In this document: positions 43,518 to 55,278 of the stretch, piece after piece | Numbering within the stretch: the stretch's first letter is position 1 | Layout: each line of letters starts with the position of its first letter | Notes under the pieces: model-generated | The model's database searches: none | The model's input: only the letters and a program-made list of their open reading frames with translations | What the model was told of the DNA's origin: nothing | Made by a program: the position numbers and the translations under genes | DNA from: Nitrospirota bacterium | GTDB lineage: Bacteria > Nitrospirota > UBA9217 | Assembly: GCA_963818475.1 (NCBI GenBank) | Contig: CAWFSF010000006.1 | Location: 640,001 to 704,000 of the forward strand | Reading direction: 5' to 3' | Length of the DNA stretch: 64,000 bases

Positions 43518-44210
43518 CTATGATTCATAGGCGATCGGGTCCTTCACGCCAGCCTCAGTAAATCCCTTTAAACGCAAGGCACAACTCTCACATCTTCCGC
43601 AGGCCTTTTCACTGTTCTGGTAGCAGCTCCAGGTCAGGTTCAGCGGCGCGCCGAGATCGACGCCCTTTTTCACGATCTGCGATTTTTTCAGGTGGATGAG
43701 CGGGGTCTCTATGGTGATCCTGGTCTCCGGTTTCGTGCCCATCATGATGACCTGGTTGAAGGCACGGTAGAACACTTCTCTGCAGTCCGGATAGCCTGAG
43801 CTGTCCTCCTCGACCGCTCCGATAAAGATCTTTGTTGCGCCGATCACCTCTGCCCAGGAGGTGGCGATCGAGAGCAGATGGGCGTTCCGGAAGGGGACGT
43901 AGGTCGTGGGAATTGCGGATTTCGGATTGCGGATTGCGGATTGAGAATCGCTCGATTCGGGGACCGGGATGTTCGTGTCGGTCAGGGCTGAGCCGCCGAT
44001 GACCTTCAGGTGTTCGATGCTCACGGTCAGGCGCTTCTCAGCTTTATAAAAATCGGCTATCTCGTTGAATGCCTGAAGTTCCCGGGCTTCGGTGCGCTGG
44101 CCGTAATTGACATGCAGGAAAGCAAGACGGTACTTCTCGTTCGCAATGGCAGCAGTGACGCAGCTGTCCATGCCGCCGCTCACCAGGATGATCGCAAGTT
44201 CATTTTTCAT
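43518..44210 (-). CDS. queC: 7-cyano-7-deazaguanine synthase
   Basis: SGGMDS, YGQR, TYVPFRN, GYPDCR, TWSCY..CGRCESC. Confidence 0.96.
   Translation of the reverse strand: MKNELAIILVSGGMDSCVTAAIANEKYRLAFLHVNYGQRTEARELQAFNEIADFYKAEKRLTVSIEHLKVIGGSALTDTNIPVPESSDSQSAIRNPKSAIPTTYVPFRNAHLLSIATSWAEVIGATKIFIGAVEEDSSGYPDCREVFYRAFNQVIMMGTKPETRITIETPLIHLKKSQIVKKGVDLGAPLNLTWSCYQNSEKACGRCESCALRLKGFTEAGVKDPIAYES
43912..43946. repeat. ATT(G/T)CGG heptamer tandem repeat in-frame within queC
   Basis: ATTGCGG ATTTCGG ATTGCGG ATTGCGG ATTGAGA encodes [12 protein letters not shown]. Confidence 0.75.
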
Positions 44211-44267
44211 GGCGGCAGTTTACCAGCATCGGGAGGAAAATTCCAGATTATTTGCCGGCAGCAGGAC

Positions 44268-44316
44268 AAAAAAGTCCCTCGATGATGTCAACCGGGGGAG
44301 GAGTTCATCGAGGGAC
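44268..44316 (-). terminator. Intrinsic terminator-like hairpin with C-rich loop, upstream of queC
   Basis: 12-bp perfect stem GTCCCTCGATGA/TCATCGAGGGAC followed by T6 on the minus strand. Confidence 0.65.
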
Positions 44317-44329
44317 CGGGGGGAAAGAC

Positions 44330-44470
44330 TTAACCGTACAAGCCTGAACCAAAAGGCATCTCTCGCAAAGGCGCAAAGAGCGCAAAGGAAACCTTTGATT
44401 CAATATCTTTGGTTTAAAACCAGAAAGCCACGTTTTTTGATTTCTTGGCGACCTTTGCGCCTTTGCGAGA
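44330..44470. repeat. Hairpin element E4 (CGCAAAG units) with flanking ACAAGCCTGAACC motif
   Basis: TCTCGCAAAGGCGCAAAGAGCGCAAAG ... CTTGGCGACCTTTGCGCCTTTGCGAGA. Confidence 0.78.
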
Positions 44471-44649
44471 AAATTATTGCCGTTTTAAAAGAAGTTGATC
44501 CGTAAGGCCTAATGCGCCCCGTGGATCAGCATCGGGAGGCAGCGGGTGCAGACGATCTTTTCTTTTCCTTCCGAGTAGCAGGGGAGATAGACCCTGGTCT
44601 TGTCGTCTGTTCCGCAGACAAAACACTTTATTTCCTTCTCAGCCATGTG

Positions 44650-44862
44650 TTAACCCTCCAGTGCGTTGATTTCGTCGACGATCTTGTTCGGATCGAGATT
44701 ATGCATCATTGCCCCGAACGAGATCGATTCCACGTTGATCCCCGCACAGGTGAAACAGCCGTTGCCGAAGTACTTCTGGATCACCGCTTTAGCCTCGGGG
44801 CTCATGCGGATCACCTCGCCGATGTTCGTGTCCTTGGTCACTTTCTTCTTTTCCGTTATCAT
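44650..44862 (-). CDS. DUF1858 domain small protein
   Basis: TKDTNIGEVI...GCFTC....ESI..GAMMH. Confidence 0.8.
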   Translation of the reverse strand: MITEKKKVTKDTNIGEVIRMSPEAKAVIQKYFGNGCFTCAGINVESISFGAMMHNLDPNKIVDEINALEG

Positions 44863-44948
44863 GGCAGCCTCCTTGTTTGATCGTTGAACATACTATAGCA
44901 CGGACCGGTGGAACCGGTTATGACGTAAATCATAATCCTGAAAAAACA

Positions 44949-45039
44949 CTGGACACGGATTTACACGGATGCAAGACGGATAACGGCGGAAGTTTTTATC
45001 CGCTTTTATCCGCCCTTTATCCGCCTCTTCCGTGTCTAG
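44949..45039. repeat. Hairpin element E5 (four CGGAT units)
   Basis: CTGGACACGGATTTACACGGATGCAAGACGGATAACGGCGGA ... ATCCGCTTTTATCCGCCCTTTATCCGCCTCTTCCGTGTCTAG. Confidence 0.75.
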
Positions 45040-45137
45040 GGTTTTTCTAACGTCTTTTATCTCTACCGTATAAACCTTTACATCCACCCGTTCTTTTGTT
45101 ACTATGACCGCCTTATCCTACCAGAAAAAGGACACCC

Positions 45138-47411
45138 ATGACAATAGAACATATCAAGATGATCGCTGCTGAACTGAAAGTCGGCGAAAGGCAGGTACAT
45201 GCCTGCGTTGAGCTGCTTGACGAGGGTTCCACCGTGCCCTTTATCTCCCGGTACCGGAAAGAGGCCACCGGTTCGCTCGATGACGTGGCAGTCACGGCCG
45301 TCCGCGACCGGCTTGCCCAGCTCCGGGAGCTGGATAAACGGCGCGAGGCGATCCTGAAATCCCTCGAAGAGACCGGCAAGCTGACCGACGAACTGAAGGC
45401 AAAGGTCCTGGCAGCAGAGACCATGACCGTGCTGGAGGACATCTATCTGCCTTATCGGCCCAAGCGGCGCACACGCGCGACCATTGCCCGGGAAAAAGGG
45501 CTTGAGCCCCTTGCCCAGCGCCTGTTCTCGCAGGAGGGGGGCATCGACCTCCTGGCAGAGGCTGCTCTGTTCGTGGATAAGGAAAAAGGCGTCGAAACCG
45601 TGGAAGACGCCCTTGCCGGCGGCCGGGACATCATTGCCGAGTGGGTGACCGAGGACCAGAACGCCCGGGTAAAGATGCGCGAACTGTATACGTCAAAAGG
45701 GACCCTGAAGACCAAGGTCCTGAGCAACAAGGAAGAAGAGGGGATCAAGTACAAGGATTACTTCGACTGGCAGGAACCGCTTGCAGCAGCCCCGTCGCAC
45801 CGGATCCTGGCCATGCGCCGGGGAGAGAAGGAGGGCTTCCTGATCCTGCGCGCTGCGCCGCCTGAGGAGGATGCGATCGCCCTTCTGGAATCGCTCTTTC
45901 TCAAAGGCGACAGCCCGGCTTCGCAGCAGGTGAAGCTGGCGCTCCATGACAGCTACAAGCGCCTTCTTTCCCTGTCCATGGAGACCGAGATGCGCGTGGC
46001 GACCAAGGAGCGGGCCGATGCCGAGGCAATACGGGTGTTCGCCGAGAACCTGCGGCAGCTCCTGCTCTCGCCGCCTTTGGGCCAGAAGAACGTTCTGGCC
46101 ATCGATCCCGGCTTCCGCACCGGCTGCAAGGTGGTCTGCGTGGACCGCCAGGGCAAGCTGCTGCATCACGATGTTATTTACCCTCATTTTTCCGATAAGA
46201 ACGTTTCCGAGGCAGGGACGAAGGTTATCGAGCTCTGCAAAAAATACCAGATCGAGGCGATCGCCATCGGCAACGGCACGGCGGGCCGGGAGACCGAGGC
46301 CTTTGTACGGCAGCTCGGCCTGCCTGCGGCGATCCAGATCGTGATGGTGAACGAGAGCGGCGCATCCATCTATTCCGCTTCAGACGTGGCGCGCGAGGAG
46401 TTCCCTGACCAGGATGTGACCGTGCGCGGATCGGTTTCCATCGGCAGGCGGCTCATGGACCCGCTTGCCGAGCTCGTCAAGATCGACCCCAAATCCATCG
46501 GCGTGGGCCAGTACCAGCACGATGTGGACCAGACCGCGCTCAAACGGAGCCTGGACGACGTGGTCATGATCTGCGTGAACGGGGTCGGCGTCGAGGTCAA
46601 TACGGCAAGCAAGCAGCTGCTGACCTACGTTTCAGGGCTGGGCCCCCAGCTTGCCGGCAGCATTGTGGAGTATCGGAACCAGCACGGTCCCTTCCCGTCG
46701 CGGGACAAGCTGAAAGAGGTCCCCAAGCTCGGGCCCAAGACCTTTGAGCAGGCGGCAGGGTTCCTGCGCATCCGCGACGGCCGTAATCCGCTCGATGCCA
46801 GCGCGGTCCATCCCGAGAGCTATCATCTGGTCGACGCCATGGCAAAAGACCTGAACTGCACCGTCCTGGACCTGATGAAGAGCGAGGAACTAAGGAAGAA
46901 GGTCGATCTTACGAAATATGTGACCGAGACGGTCGGCCTGCCCACGCTCAAGGACATCATGGCCGAGCTTGCCAAGCCCGGCAGGGACCCCCGGGAGCAG
47001 TTCGAGTCCTTCAGCTTTACCGAGGGCGTTGAAAAGATCGAGGACGTGCTCCCGGGAATGAAAATGCCGGGGGTCGTGACGAACATAACCGCTTTCGGCG
47101 CCTTCATCGATATCGGCGTGCATCAGGACGGTCTGGCCCATCTGAGCCAGCTTTCGGACCGGTTCATAAAAGATGCGAACGAGGCTGTGAAGGTGAATCA
47201 GCATGTGATGGCGACGGTGCTTGAAGTGGACGTGAAGCGGAAGCGGATATCGCTCTCGCTCAAGAAGGACCCGCAGAGCGCGCAGCGGCCGAAGCAGGAA
47301 AGGTCACAGCAGCAGGAACCTCAGGGGGCGAAGCAGCAGCCGAAGCCTCAACCGAAACCGCAGAACGATATGAATGCTTTGAAGCAGGCGTTCATGAAGA
47401 ATAGGACATAG
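45138..47411 (+). CDS. tex: Tex (YhgF) RNA-binding transcriptional accessory protein
   Basis: TVPFISRYRKEATG, LEDIYLPYRPKRRTRA, DPGFRTGCK, HhH and S1 domains. Confidence 0.96.
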   Translation: MTIEHIKMIAAELKVGERQVHACVELLDEGSTVPFISRYRKEATGSLDDVAVTAVRDRLAQLRELDKRREAILKSLEETGKLTDELKAKVLAAETMTVLEDIYLPYRPKRRTRATIAREKGLEPLAQRLFSQEGGIDLLAEAALFVDKEKGVETVEDALAGGRDIIAEWVTEDQNARVKMRELYTSKGTLKTKVLSNKEEEGIKYKDYFDWQEPLAAAPSHRILAMRRGEKEGFLILRAAPPEEDAIALLESLFLKGDSPASQQVKLALHDSYKRLLSLSMETEMRVATKERADAEAIRVFAENLRQLLLSPPLGQKNVLAIDPGFRTGCKVVCVDRQGKLLHHDVIYPHFSDKNVSEAGTKVIELCKKYQIEAIAIGNGTAGRETEAFVRQLGLPAAIQIVMVNESGASIYSASDVAREEFPDQDVTVRGSVSIGRRLMDPLAELVKIDPKSIGVGQYQHDVDQTALKRSLDDVVMICVNGVGVEVNTASKQLLTYVSGLGPQLAGSIVEYRNQHGPFPSRDKLKEVPKLGPKTFEQAAGFLRIRDGRNPLDASAVHPESYHLVDAMAKDLNCTVLDLMKSEELRKKVDLTKYVTETVGLPTLKDIMAELAKPGRDPREQFESFSFTEGVEKIEDVLPGMKMPGVVTNITAFGAFIDIGVHQDGLAHLSQLSDRFIKDANEAVKVNQHVMATVLEVDVKRKRISLSLKKDPQSAQRPKQERSQQQEPQGAKQQPKPQPKPQNDMNALKQAFMKNRT

Positions 47412-47443
47412 AATATGGCTGATTGTATGTCTAATTTCAAGCT

Positions 47444-47493
47444 TAAGCCGGAACCGAAAGGCGTCTCTCGCAAAGCTCGCAAAGGACGCAAAG
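47444..47493. repeat. Half hairpin element E6 (left arm only, same type as E4)
   Basis: TAAGCCGGAACCGAAAGGCGTCTCTCGCAAAGCTCGCAAAGGACGCAAAG. Confidence 0.7.
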
Positions 47494-47525
47494 GAAATCC
47501 TTAACAGAAGCAAAATCTTGTTATG

Positions 47526-48470
47526 TCAGCGCCTGTCTTTAGAACGCCGTAGCAACAACACCGACGGCTCACACGCTATGACAACCTCGCACCCCGTCCT
47601 GGGATGGCGAAAACTCAATTCAGCGGCATGAAGAAGGTAGCCCGGGTCGCCGGGCAGGGCGTGCGTATCCGGCGCGGGTTGTCCGCCCGCGACATACAGC
47701 AGATCGCCGACCAGCGGGTGGCCTGCTGATGCCAGATGGATCCGGATCTGGTGGGGCCGGCCTGTGGCGATACGAACATCGCAGAGGAACGAATCTGTAC
47801 GGCGTTCGAGAACCATCACCTGTGAAAGGGACGGTTTGCCGCTTGGAGAAGCGGCATGTACTGAACCGAGCAGTGCGTGCGGCACCGGGCCGATGGGCGT
47901 GCTGATGGTCATCTCATCCTCAGCAGGGTTCCCGCTGGCAAGCGCGCGGTACCGTTTTCCTACCTCTTTCGCTGACCATTGCCGCATCAAGTCTGTCCTG
48001 GCATGATGGTTTTTGGCGCAGAGCACCAGACCCGATGTCCAGCGGCCCAGTCGGTGGAGCGGGGAGGCGTCAGGCGCATACGTGTGTACGAGATGCAGCA
48101 GCGTTGCCTGCAGAAAATTAGCACCCGGAAGCGTCGGCAGTCCGGCCGGCTTGTCAACAGCGAGCAGGTCGTCATCTTCGTAAAGAACGGTAAATGACCT
48201 CGGTGCATCGGGCTCTATCCAGGGCGGCCGCTGCCAGACAAGTTCACATCCGCTTTTTAATAGAGTGTCGGCATGCGCAGGTTTGGAGTCGATCAGCACG
48301 AGACCGGATGCAATGCGCTCTGCCCACTCTGTCGAGGAGGAATGACAATAGCGCTGGCTGAGATACATAAGCAGCGTCCGGTCGTCGGCATCTTGGCCGA
48401 GCAGTTCCCGGTATTCACAGCCTTCGTTAAGAGTATTCCCGGAGGGTACGTGAGCTGGTGATGAGGTCAT
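47526..48470 (-). CDS. RluA family pseudouridine synthase-like protein
   Basis: VDKPAGL, HRLGRWTSG (usual HRLD), TGRPHQIRIH, GHPLVGD, LHA. Confidence 0.85.
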   Translation of the reverse strand: MTSSPAHVPSGNTLNEGCEYRELLGQDADDRTLLMYLSQRYCHSSSTEWAERIASGLVLIDSKPAHADTLLKSGCELVWQRPPWIEPDAPRSFTVLYEDDDLLAVDKPAGLPTLPGANFLQATLLHLVHTYAPDASPLHRLGRWTSGLVLCAKNHHARTDLMRQWSAKEVGKRYRALASGNPAEDEMTISTPIGPVPHALLGSVHAASPSGKPSLSQVMVLERRTDSFLCDVRIATGRPHQIRIHLASAGHPLVGDLLYVAGGQPAPDTHALPGDPGYLLHAAELSFRHPRTGCEVVIACEPSVLLLRRSKDRR

Positions 48471-48574
48471 ATCGTTTCTCAATGCTTCCTGCCCCGGCCA
48501 GTATAATCCCTGATCATGCAAACACCCATGAAACCCCGCCTATAACTCCCCGTGAAGTAAAAACTGTATTCGCT

Positions 48575-49094
48575 TCAAGCTCTTCTTCTCGAATAGTTCA
48601 CCTGCACCAGTCCGCTGTCAAAAGTCGTGCTGTCCCGGAAGATCAGCTTTTGTTGAGGCAACGGGGAACGGAACAGCGGGATGCCGGTCCCGAGGATGAG
48701 GGGATGGATCGAGATCACGTACTCATCGATCAGGTCTGCCTGGACAAAAGCCTGAATCAGCTCCGAGCCGCCGACGAGCCAGATTTTTTTCCCCGGCTTT
48801 TTCCTGAGCTTCGGCAATGAACTCCGCGGGATCGCCTGAGATGAATTGCACATGCTCGTCCTGCTGCCCCCTTCGCGTACGCGAGAACACGTAGCCTGTT
48901 CTGCCGGGATAAGGATATTCGCCGAAGGTAAGCGACTGCTCGTAGGTCTTTCTGCCCATGACCACTGTGTCCACGCACGAGAAGAACTCCCGAAAGCCGT
49001 AGTCCTGGTCGGTGAACAGCCAGTCGATGCCTCCGTCCGTGCGGGCTATAGAGCCGTCAAGGCTCGTTGCGATAAAGAGGATAACTGATCGCAT
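48575..49094 (-). CDS. Dihydrofolate reductase/RibD C-terminal family protein (frameshift near 48810)
   Basis: IATSLDG.IA, MGRKTYE, IWLVGG, LIDE..I.P..LG.GIPLF. Confidence 0.85.
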
Positions 49095-49110
49095 AAGATG
49101 TTCTCCTTGC

Positions 49111-50124
49111 TCAGTCGATGTTCCCCCTGCCGTGGAATGCGCGCGAAGGCAGGCGTCCGTGCCAGACGATCCCCGCGTCTTTGAGCTGCCCTGCTGCCTC
49201 TGCAGAGGGAGGCTGGTAGATGATGCGGAACCGTTCGTTCCAATCCAGCGCGCCAGTTTCGGTGAGGACATTGTTCAGCAGAACCTGCCACTGCGGTTCG
49301 GCAAGATCGATATCGTAATACCGGGATTCTTCAGGCTGCAGCACCAGCACATCACCGTCCGTCGCCGCAAGACCGATACATGCGGACCTCTCTGGCACGG
49401 TTGCTTTCTGGCCGGGTGATAGGGGCTCAAGGGAGAGCGAGCAGAACGACGGCAGGTTCACGAGTGCGAGGGTTTTCTGCGAGCTGTTCTTGAGCACAAG
49501 CCTGAGCCGAGCGCTCCTTCTTGCCAGAAGATTGTCTGGCCTCGGGCTTTCGACCAACTCAAGACCGATGCTGAGAGGGCTCCAGCGATAGCCGCGGATC
49601 ACAGGCGTACCGTCGCTGCCGATGGCGACCTCCATCTCAAGGGGCGTTTGGATCGTCGTCCTCGTGCCCTGCTGCTTCTCGATCTCCAGCCCCTTTCCCT
49701 GCTGAACGTAATACGCTTCGATGCCGTACTCAACCGCAACGGTTTCCGGCGCGGCGATCCCGAACTGCCACGACTGGGCGAGCCTGCCTTTGAGGTAAAG
49801 ACCGCCGGAGGGTTTTATAGTTGAGAGCCTCATAACTTCAGCCAGGCCGCCATCCTTGATCTCGATCACTGCGTACACGGTGTCGCCAAAGGCATATTTT
49901 TTCACCTTCTCAGCAATGTCGGCAGTGGACTGTGCGAGCGGCACGATCGATGCCTCGTATTTAAGCCGCACATAATCGCCGCGGAAAAGGTCCCGGGGGT
50001 CGATCGGCGCGGTGCGGAGATAAGCAACGGTTCCGGTTGCGGCAATGTATTCGCGTTTGCCAGCCATAAAAGCGAGCACCAGAACCTGGAACGCGATTGC
50101 CATGATCAGGAGCGTGCGTCTCAT
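49111..50124 (-). CDS. GDYXXLXY domain protein with C-terminal extension
   Basis: PIDPRDLFRGDYVRLKY, YGIEAYYV. Confidence 0.88.
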   Translation of the reverse strand: MRRTLLIMAIAFQVLVLAFMAGKREYIAATGTVAYLRTAPIDPRDLFRGDYVRLKYEASIVPLAQSTADIAEKVKKYAFGDTVYAVIEIKDGGLAEVMRLSTIKPSGGLYLKGRLAQSWQFGIAAPETVAVEYGIEAYYVQQGKGLEIEKQQGTRTTIQTPLEMEVAIGSDGTPVIRGYRWSPLSIGLELVESPRPDNLLARRSARLRLVLKNSSQKTLALVNLPSFCSLSLEPLSPGQKATVPERSACIGLAATDGDVLVLQPEESRYYDIDLAEPQWQVLLNNVLTETGALDWNERFRIIYQPPSAEAAGQLKDAGIVWHGRLPSRAFHGRGNID

Positions 50125-51413
50125 CGCGACACCTCCTTCAGTTCCTTGCGCGAGCGAGCGAAGAAGATGCCTACGCCGAGCATCATCCCTCCGACGAGCA
50201 GAAATATCGCGGCCCGGGCAAGCAGGCTCTGGAACAGGTCCGTATAGCGCGCGATGGCGAGCGCCGAGAGCAGGACGCTGCCCATGATTGCCGCACGGAG
50301 GTTAAGGTCGCGGAAGCCGCGCTGCATCAGCATGACTGCCGAGAAGAGTATCAAAAGGTTATACGGCGCGGTTGCAAGGAAGCCCCGCAATTGCAGTATT
50401 CCGAAGAACTGAAGCGCGTAGATGATGAGCGCGATCGGAGCTGCGAAGTAATCCCGGCGAATGCCGTGCACGAGCCGGTCACGCATATTCCGGAACGGCC
50501 AGAGCGCTGCGATCCAGAGACCGGCGGCAATAACGAGAAAGACCGGAAACCAGATATCAGGAGCTTTTTCCCGGGACAGGAACGACAGTGCTTCTCGAGC
50601 GCCACGGAAGGTCAGAATGTAGACCAGAACGACGGAAAGGGTGTTCCCGAAGAAGAAGCAGGTAGACGCAAGCTCCGGAGCAAGCTCGTTCTGTTCCATG
50701 ATCAGGCCGACAGCAATGAGGGCTGCGGCAACCGAGAGAAACAAGGGGATGCCCAGATGCGAGCTTACTTGTAAGAACAGGGAGAAGAGCGTGAACAGGA
50801 ACGCAGCCAGACCCGCAGACAGGAGAACTCTGGACCTCATGATCCAGGCGAGCGGAAGAATACCGAAAAATATCACTATTGGCGCGGCGTAGTTTGCATT
50901 CTGGAAACCGTAGGACTCGAATCCATTCCAGAGGACCAGGAGGAACGTTGCCATAAGCGCCTGGGGAAGCGACGGCAGGACCCAGGCCAGTGCTAACGCG
51001 CCCGCACCCCATACCAGGAAAGCATTCGGGTAATGCTCGTTGATGTGATAGGTCTGTGCGACGAGCCATATTCCGGCGCCAAAGAACATGCTGCCAAGCA
51101 CATGCAGGGTCTGGCGGGTTGTGGTTCGCTTGACAATAAGGGCTGCTCCATGAGCAGAAATGAGCGCACAGAAAACGATAGCAAGCTTCGCGAACTTGTG
51201 CATCTTGTCCCAGTTGTAGGCAAAGAGCAGGATCACTCCCAGACCGATCAGGATCGCGCCGAACGCGGCAAAAGCAATGCGGCCCCAGGTCCCCGCCTGC
51301 TCCGGAGCGGAGTAGCGGCCGCGTATCGCCTGCGCCTGCGCATCGTTGATGATCCCCTCCTGCACCCAGGTTTCCAGTTCGGACAATAGCCAGTGGATGT
51401 GTTTTTTCGTCAT
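50121..51413 (-). CDS. DUF2157 membrane protein
   Basis: W..EGII, GVILLFAYNW, GAGIWLVAQTYHI; many TM. Confidence 0.88.
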   Translation of the reverse strand: MTKKHIHWLLSELETWVQEGIINDAQAQAIRGRYSAPEQAGTWGRIAFAAFGAILIGLGVILLFAYNWDKMHKFAKLAIVFCALISAHGAALIVKRTTTRQTLHVLGSMFFGAGIWLVAQTYHINEHYPNAFLVWGAGALALAWVLPSLPQALMATFLLVLWNGFESYGFQNANYAAPIVIFFGILPLAWIMRSRVLLSAGLAAFLFTLFSLFLQVSSHLGIPLFLSVAAALIAVGLIMEQNELAPELASTCFFFGNTLSVVLVYILTFRGAREALSFLSREKAPDIWFPVFLVIAAGLWIAALWPFRNMRDRLVHGIRRDYFAAPIALIIYALQFFGILQLRGFLATAPYNLLILFSAVMLMQRGFRDLNLRAAIMGSVLLSALAIARYTDLFQSLLARAAIFLLVGGMMLGVGIFFARSRKELKEVSR

Positions 51414-51465
51414 AGCGTCATTACCATGATTACCTCGGATAGATGGGATACTTGATACGCTGATA

Positions 51466-52107
51466 TCATTGACTGGTTTCTTTTTCAGTCTTTCTGATCA
51501 GCAGTCCTGTTGTCGAAACCATTACCCTGAATTCTTCCGTGCTGTTCGAGTTGATGAACGTTGCGGATCCGTACTCAGCATCCAGCAGGGGATTAAGGAC
51601 CGCGAACCTGCGCCGGAGATCGAACAGGTCCAGGGGTTTGTCCTTGGACAGCGAATATACCGTACGGACCTTTGTCGTTTCATCGTCGAGGATCGCGTAG
51701 CGGCCTGCCACACGATCGAGTTCATAGGAGGTGTGCAGCCCGAATATGTTTGCCAGCGGTTTCCATTTGAGAATGTGGGCGTCAATATAAAGCTGATCGC
51801 CGGTGAGAGAGAACTCTTTTTTGCTGCCATCCGGCAGGGAAAACCGGGCGATGAACTTCTGCTCACCGGCCGGCTCAATGTTCACGATTGCCGCAAGGTC
51901 TTCTCTGGTCAATGCGTGGTACCCCTGGATGGCAATGCTTATGGTGCCGAACAGGGTGGACAAGGAGAACATCAGTAACGCGAACACGAAGGTCATGGCC
52001 GTGCCGAATAACTTCCTCTGTTTCAGGGCCGCCATGGTCATGAGGAGAAAAATAAGGCCGAGAAGGGCAAAAAGGATCGAGAAGACGAGCAGCGGGTTCA
52101 TCATCAT
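51466..52107 (-). CDS. Hypothetical membrane protein
   Basis: Two N-terminal TMs; GDQ..IDA.ILKW, LDAEYGSATF. Confidence 0.7.
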   Translation of the reverse strand: MMMNPLLVFSILFALLGLIFLLMTMAALKQRKLFGTAMTFVFALLMFSLSTLFGTISIAIQGYHALTREDLAAIVNIEPAGEQKFIARFSLPDGSKKEFSLTGDQLYIDAHILKWKPLANIFGLHTSYELDRVAGRYAILDDETTKVRTVYSLSKDKPLDLFDLRRRFAVLNPLLDAEYGSATFINSNSTEEFRVMVSTTGLLIRKTEKETSQ

Positions 52108-52217
52108 GTTTTTCCTTTCTCCAAACGCTCCGTCATTCTTTTACATCGGGCAAACTGCGACATTCCACGCTTCAGACGCCCGTCGGGCATGCGTAGTCGC
52201 TGGCAGCTTCTTTCGCA

Positions 52218-53580
<1,363 letters not shown>

Positions 53581-53607
53581 ATTCCCTCTGTTATTTACTA
53601 CTTAGAT

Positions 53608-53737
53608 CCTAACCTGGACAAACCGGAACAAATTTGCCACGAAGGCACGAAGACACGAAGAGAGGCTTGAGCGTCCTTGAGATCTTTATTCGCTCGATGA
53701 TTTAAAGACGTTCTTCGTGTCTTCGTGCCTTCGTGGC
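53608..53737. repeat. Hairpin element E7 (CACGAAG units; perfect 25-bp inverted repeat) with flanking CCTAACCTGGACAAACCGGAAC
   Basis: GCCACGAAGGCACGAAGACACGAAG (53636-53660) and its exact reverse complement (53713-53737). Confidence 0.85.
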
Positions 53738-53754
53738 GGTAATGTTCTCTTGCC

Positions 53755-55271
53755 TCACTTCATCGGCAGCCGGATCAGGAACGTCGTGCCTTTGTCCGGC
53801 TGCGCTGTCCACGGCGATGCAGCCGTCGTGCTCCTCGATGATCTCGTGGACGATGAAGAGGCCCAGGCCCGATCCCTTGCCCACGTCCTTGGTCGTGAAG
53901 AAGGGGTCGAAGATCTTGGGAAGCAGCTCCGGCGGGATGCCCGGCCCGGTGTCGTGGATCTCGATATCGACGGTATCCTCTTCGAGCGTGCATTTGCCGC
54001 GGTACTTGAGGTAGTTGTAGATGCTGTTCTCATCGCCGGCAGCTTGTCCAGGGCGCTGTGCTTCGCGCGGTCACCGTGACCACGCCGTCTCCCTCCACGG
54101 CCTCGATGGCGTTCTTGATGAGGTTCAGGAAGACCTGCTGGATGCGCTGCTTGTCGGCAATGATCATGATGTCCGCAGGAACATCGATCCTGCACCGAGA
54201 CGTTCCCGGTGATCTGGCCTTTGACGAACCGGATGGTCTCTTCGAACAGCCCGTTCAGGGAGAGCTGCTGCTTTTTGAATTCCTTGTCGCGCGAGAACTC
54301 CAGGAGCGAGCGCACGATGTTCCGGGCGCGGTCGGTCTGGTCGTTGATCTGGGCGATCAGTTCTTTTTTGAACTCTCAGCGCTGCCGTCATCGAATTCCT
54401 CGGACAGGATCTGGCTCGATGACGAGATGTTCGACAGCGGGTTGTTCAGCTCGTGCGCCACGCCCGAGAGCAGGGTGCCGAGGGACGCCAGCTTCTCCGA
54501 CTGGACGAGGTGGCGCTGGCGCAGCTCCAGCTCGCGCAGCATCTTGTTGAAGGCATTGGTCAGGGACAGCGATCTCGCGGTCCCGGGAGTCGATGCGGAT
54601 GTTCTCGAACCTGCCGTCGGCGATCTTTTCCATGGTCCGCTCCATGAGCTTCAGCGGCTTCACGACGACCTGGGCCATGATCTGGCCGATGACGAGCACC
54701 ATGAGCCACCAGGACGGCAATGGAAAGGATCAGCACGCGCCGCGAACTGTTCAGCGTGGCCTGCAGGCTTTTCCGCTCGGTTTTCGACGATATCTTCGGC
54801 GACTGGTGATGATGTCCTTGCCGTACTTCCTGATGGTCTTTTCGATGGCTGCTATGGATGAACCCTCCGCCGGCGGCCAGGTGGGAGGCCCTCTGCCGGT
54901 TCAACTTCTCGTAGCGTTCCATATGGTCTTTGTATTTTTCGAGATTGGACGCAAGCGCGGGGAGCTGGTCCTCGGACGTGACCGCAGCAAAGGCAGCGCT
55001 GTTCGCGGCAAGCAGCTGCTGCGCCTTGGTCACATACCGGAGGTTCTCGTCGAAGTCGGACCGCTTTTCGTACAGGAAATAGTTCTTCTCGAACCGTCTG
55101 ATCTCGAGGGTCGTGTCGAAGAATTCGGAGATCGCCTCGCCGAACATGATCTTCTTGTTCGAGAAAGTTGAGCTCCATGTAGGTGAATATGGACAGCCCC
55201 ACGATCATCACCACGACCGCGTAATAGCCGAACCGTATCTTCTGCCGTATGCTTGGCTGGTAGTTGAACAT
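53755..55271 (-). CDS. HAMP sensor histidine kinase (many frameshifts)
   Basis: TM, LEIRRFEKNYFLY periplasmic domain, [20 protein letters not shown]. Confidence 0.85.
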
Positions 55272-55278
55272 GGTTTAT

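Noticed and set aside
47280-47370. QPKPQPKPQ repeats at the Tex C-terminus
   Set aside because: Ordinary low-complexity tail
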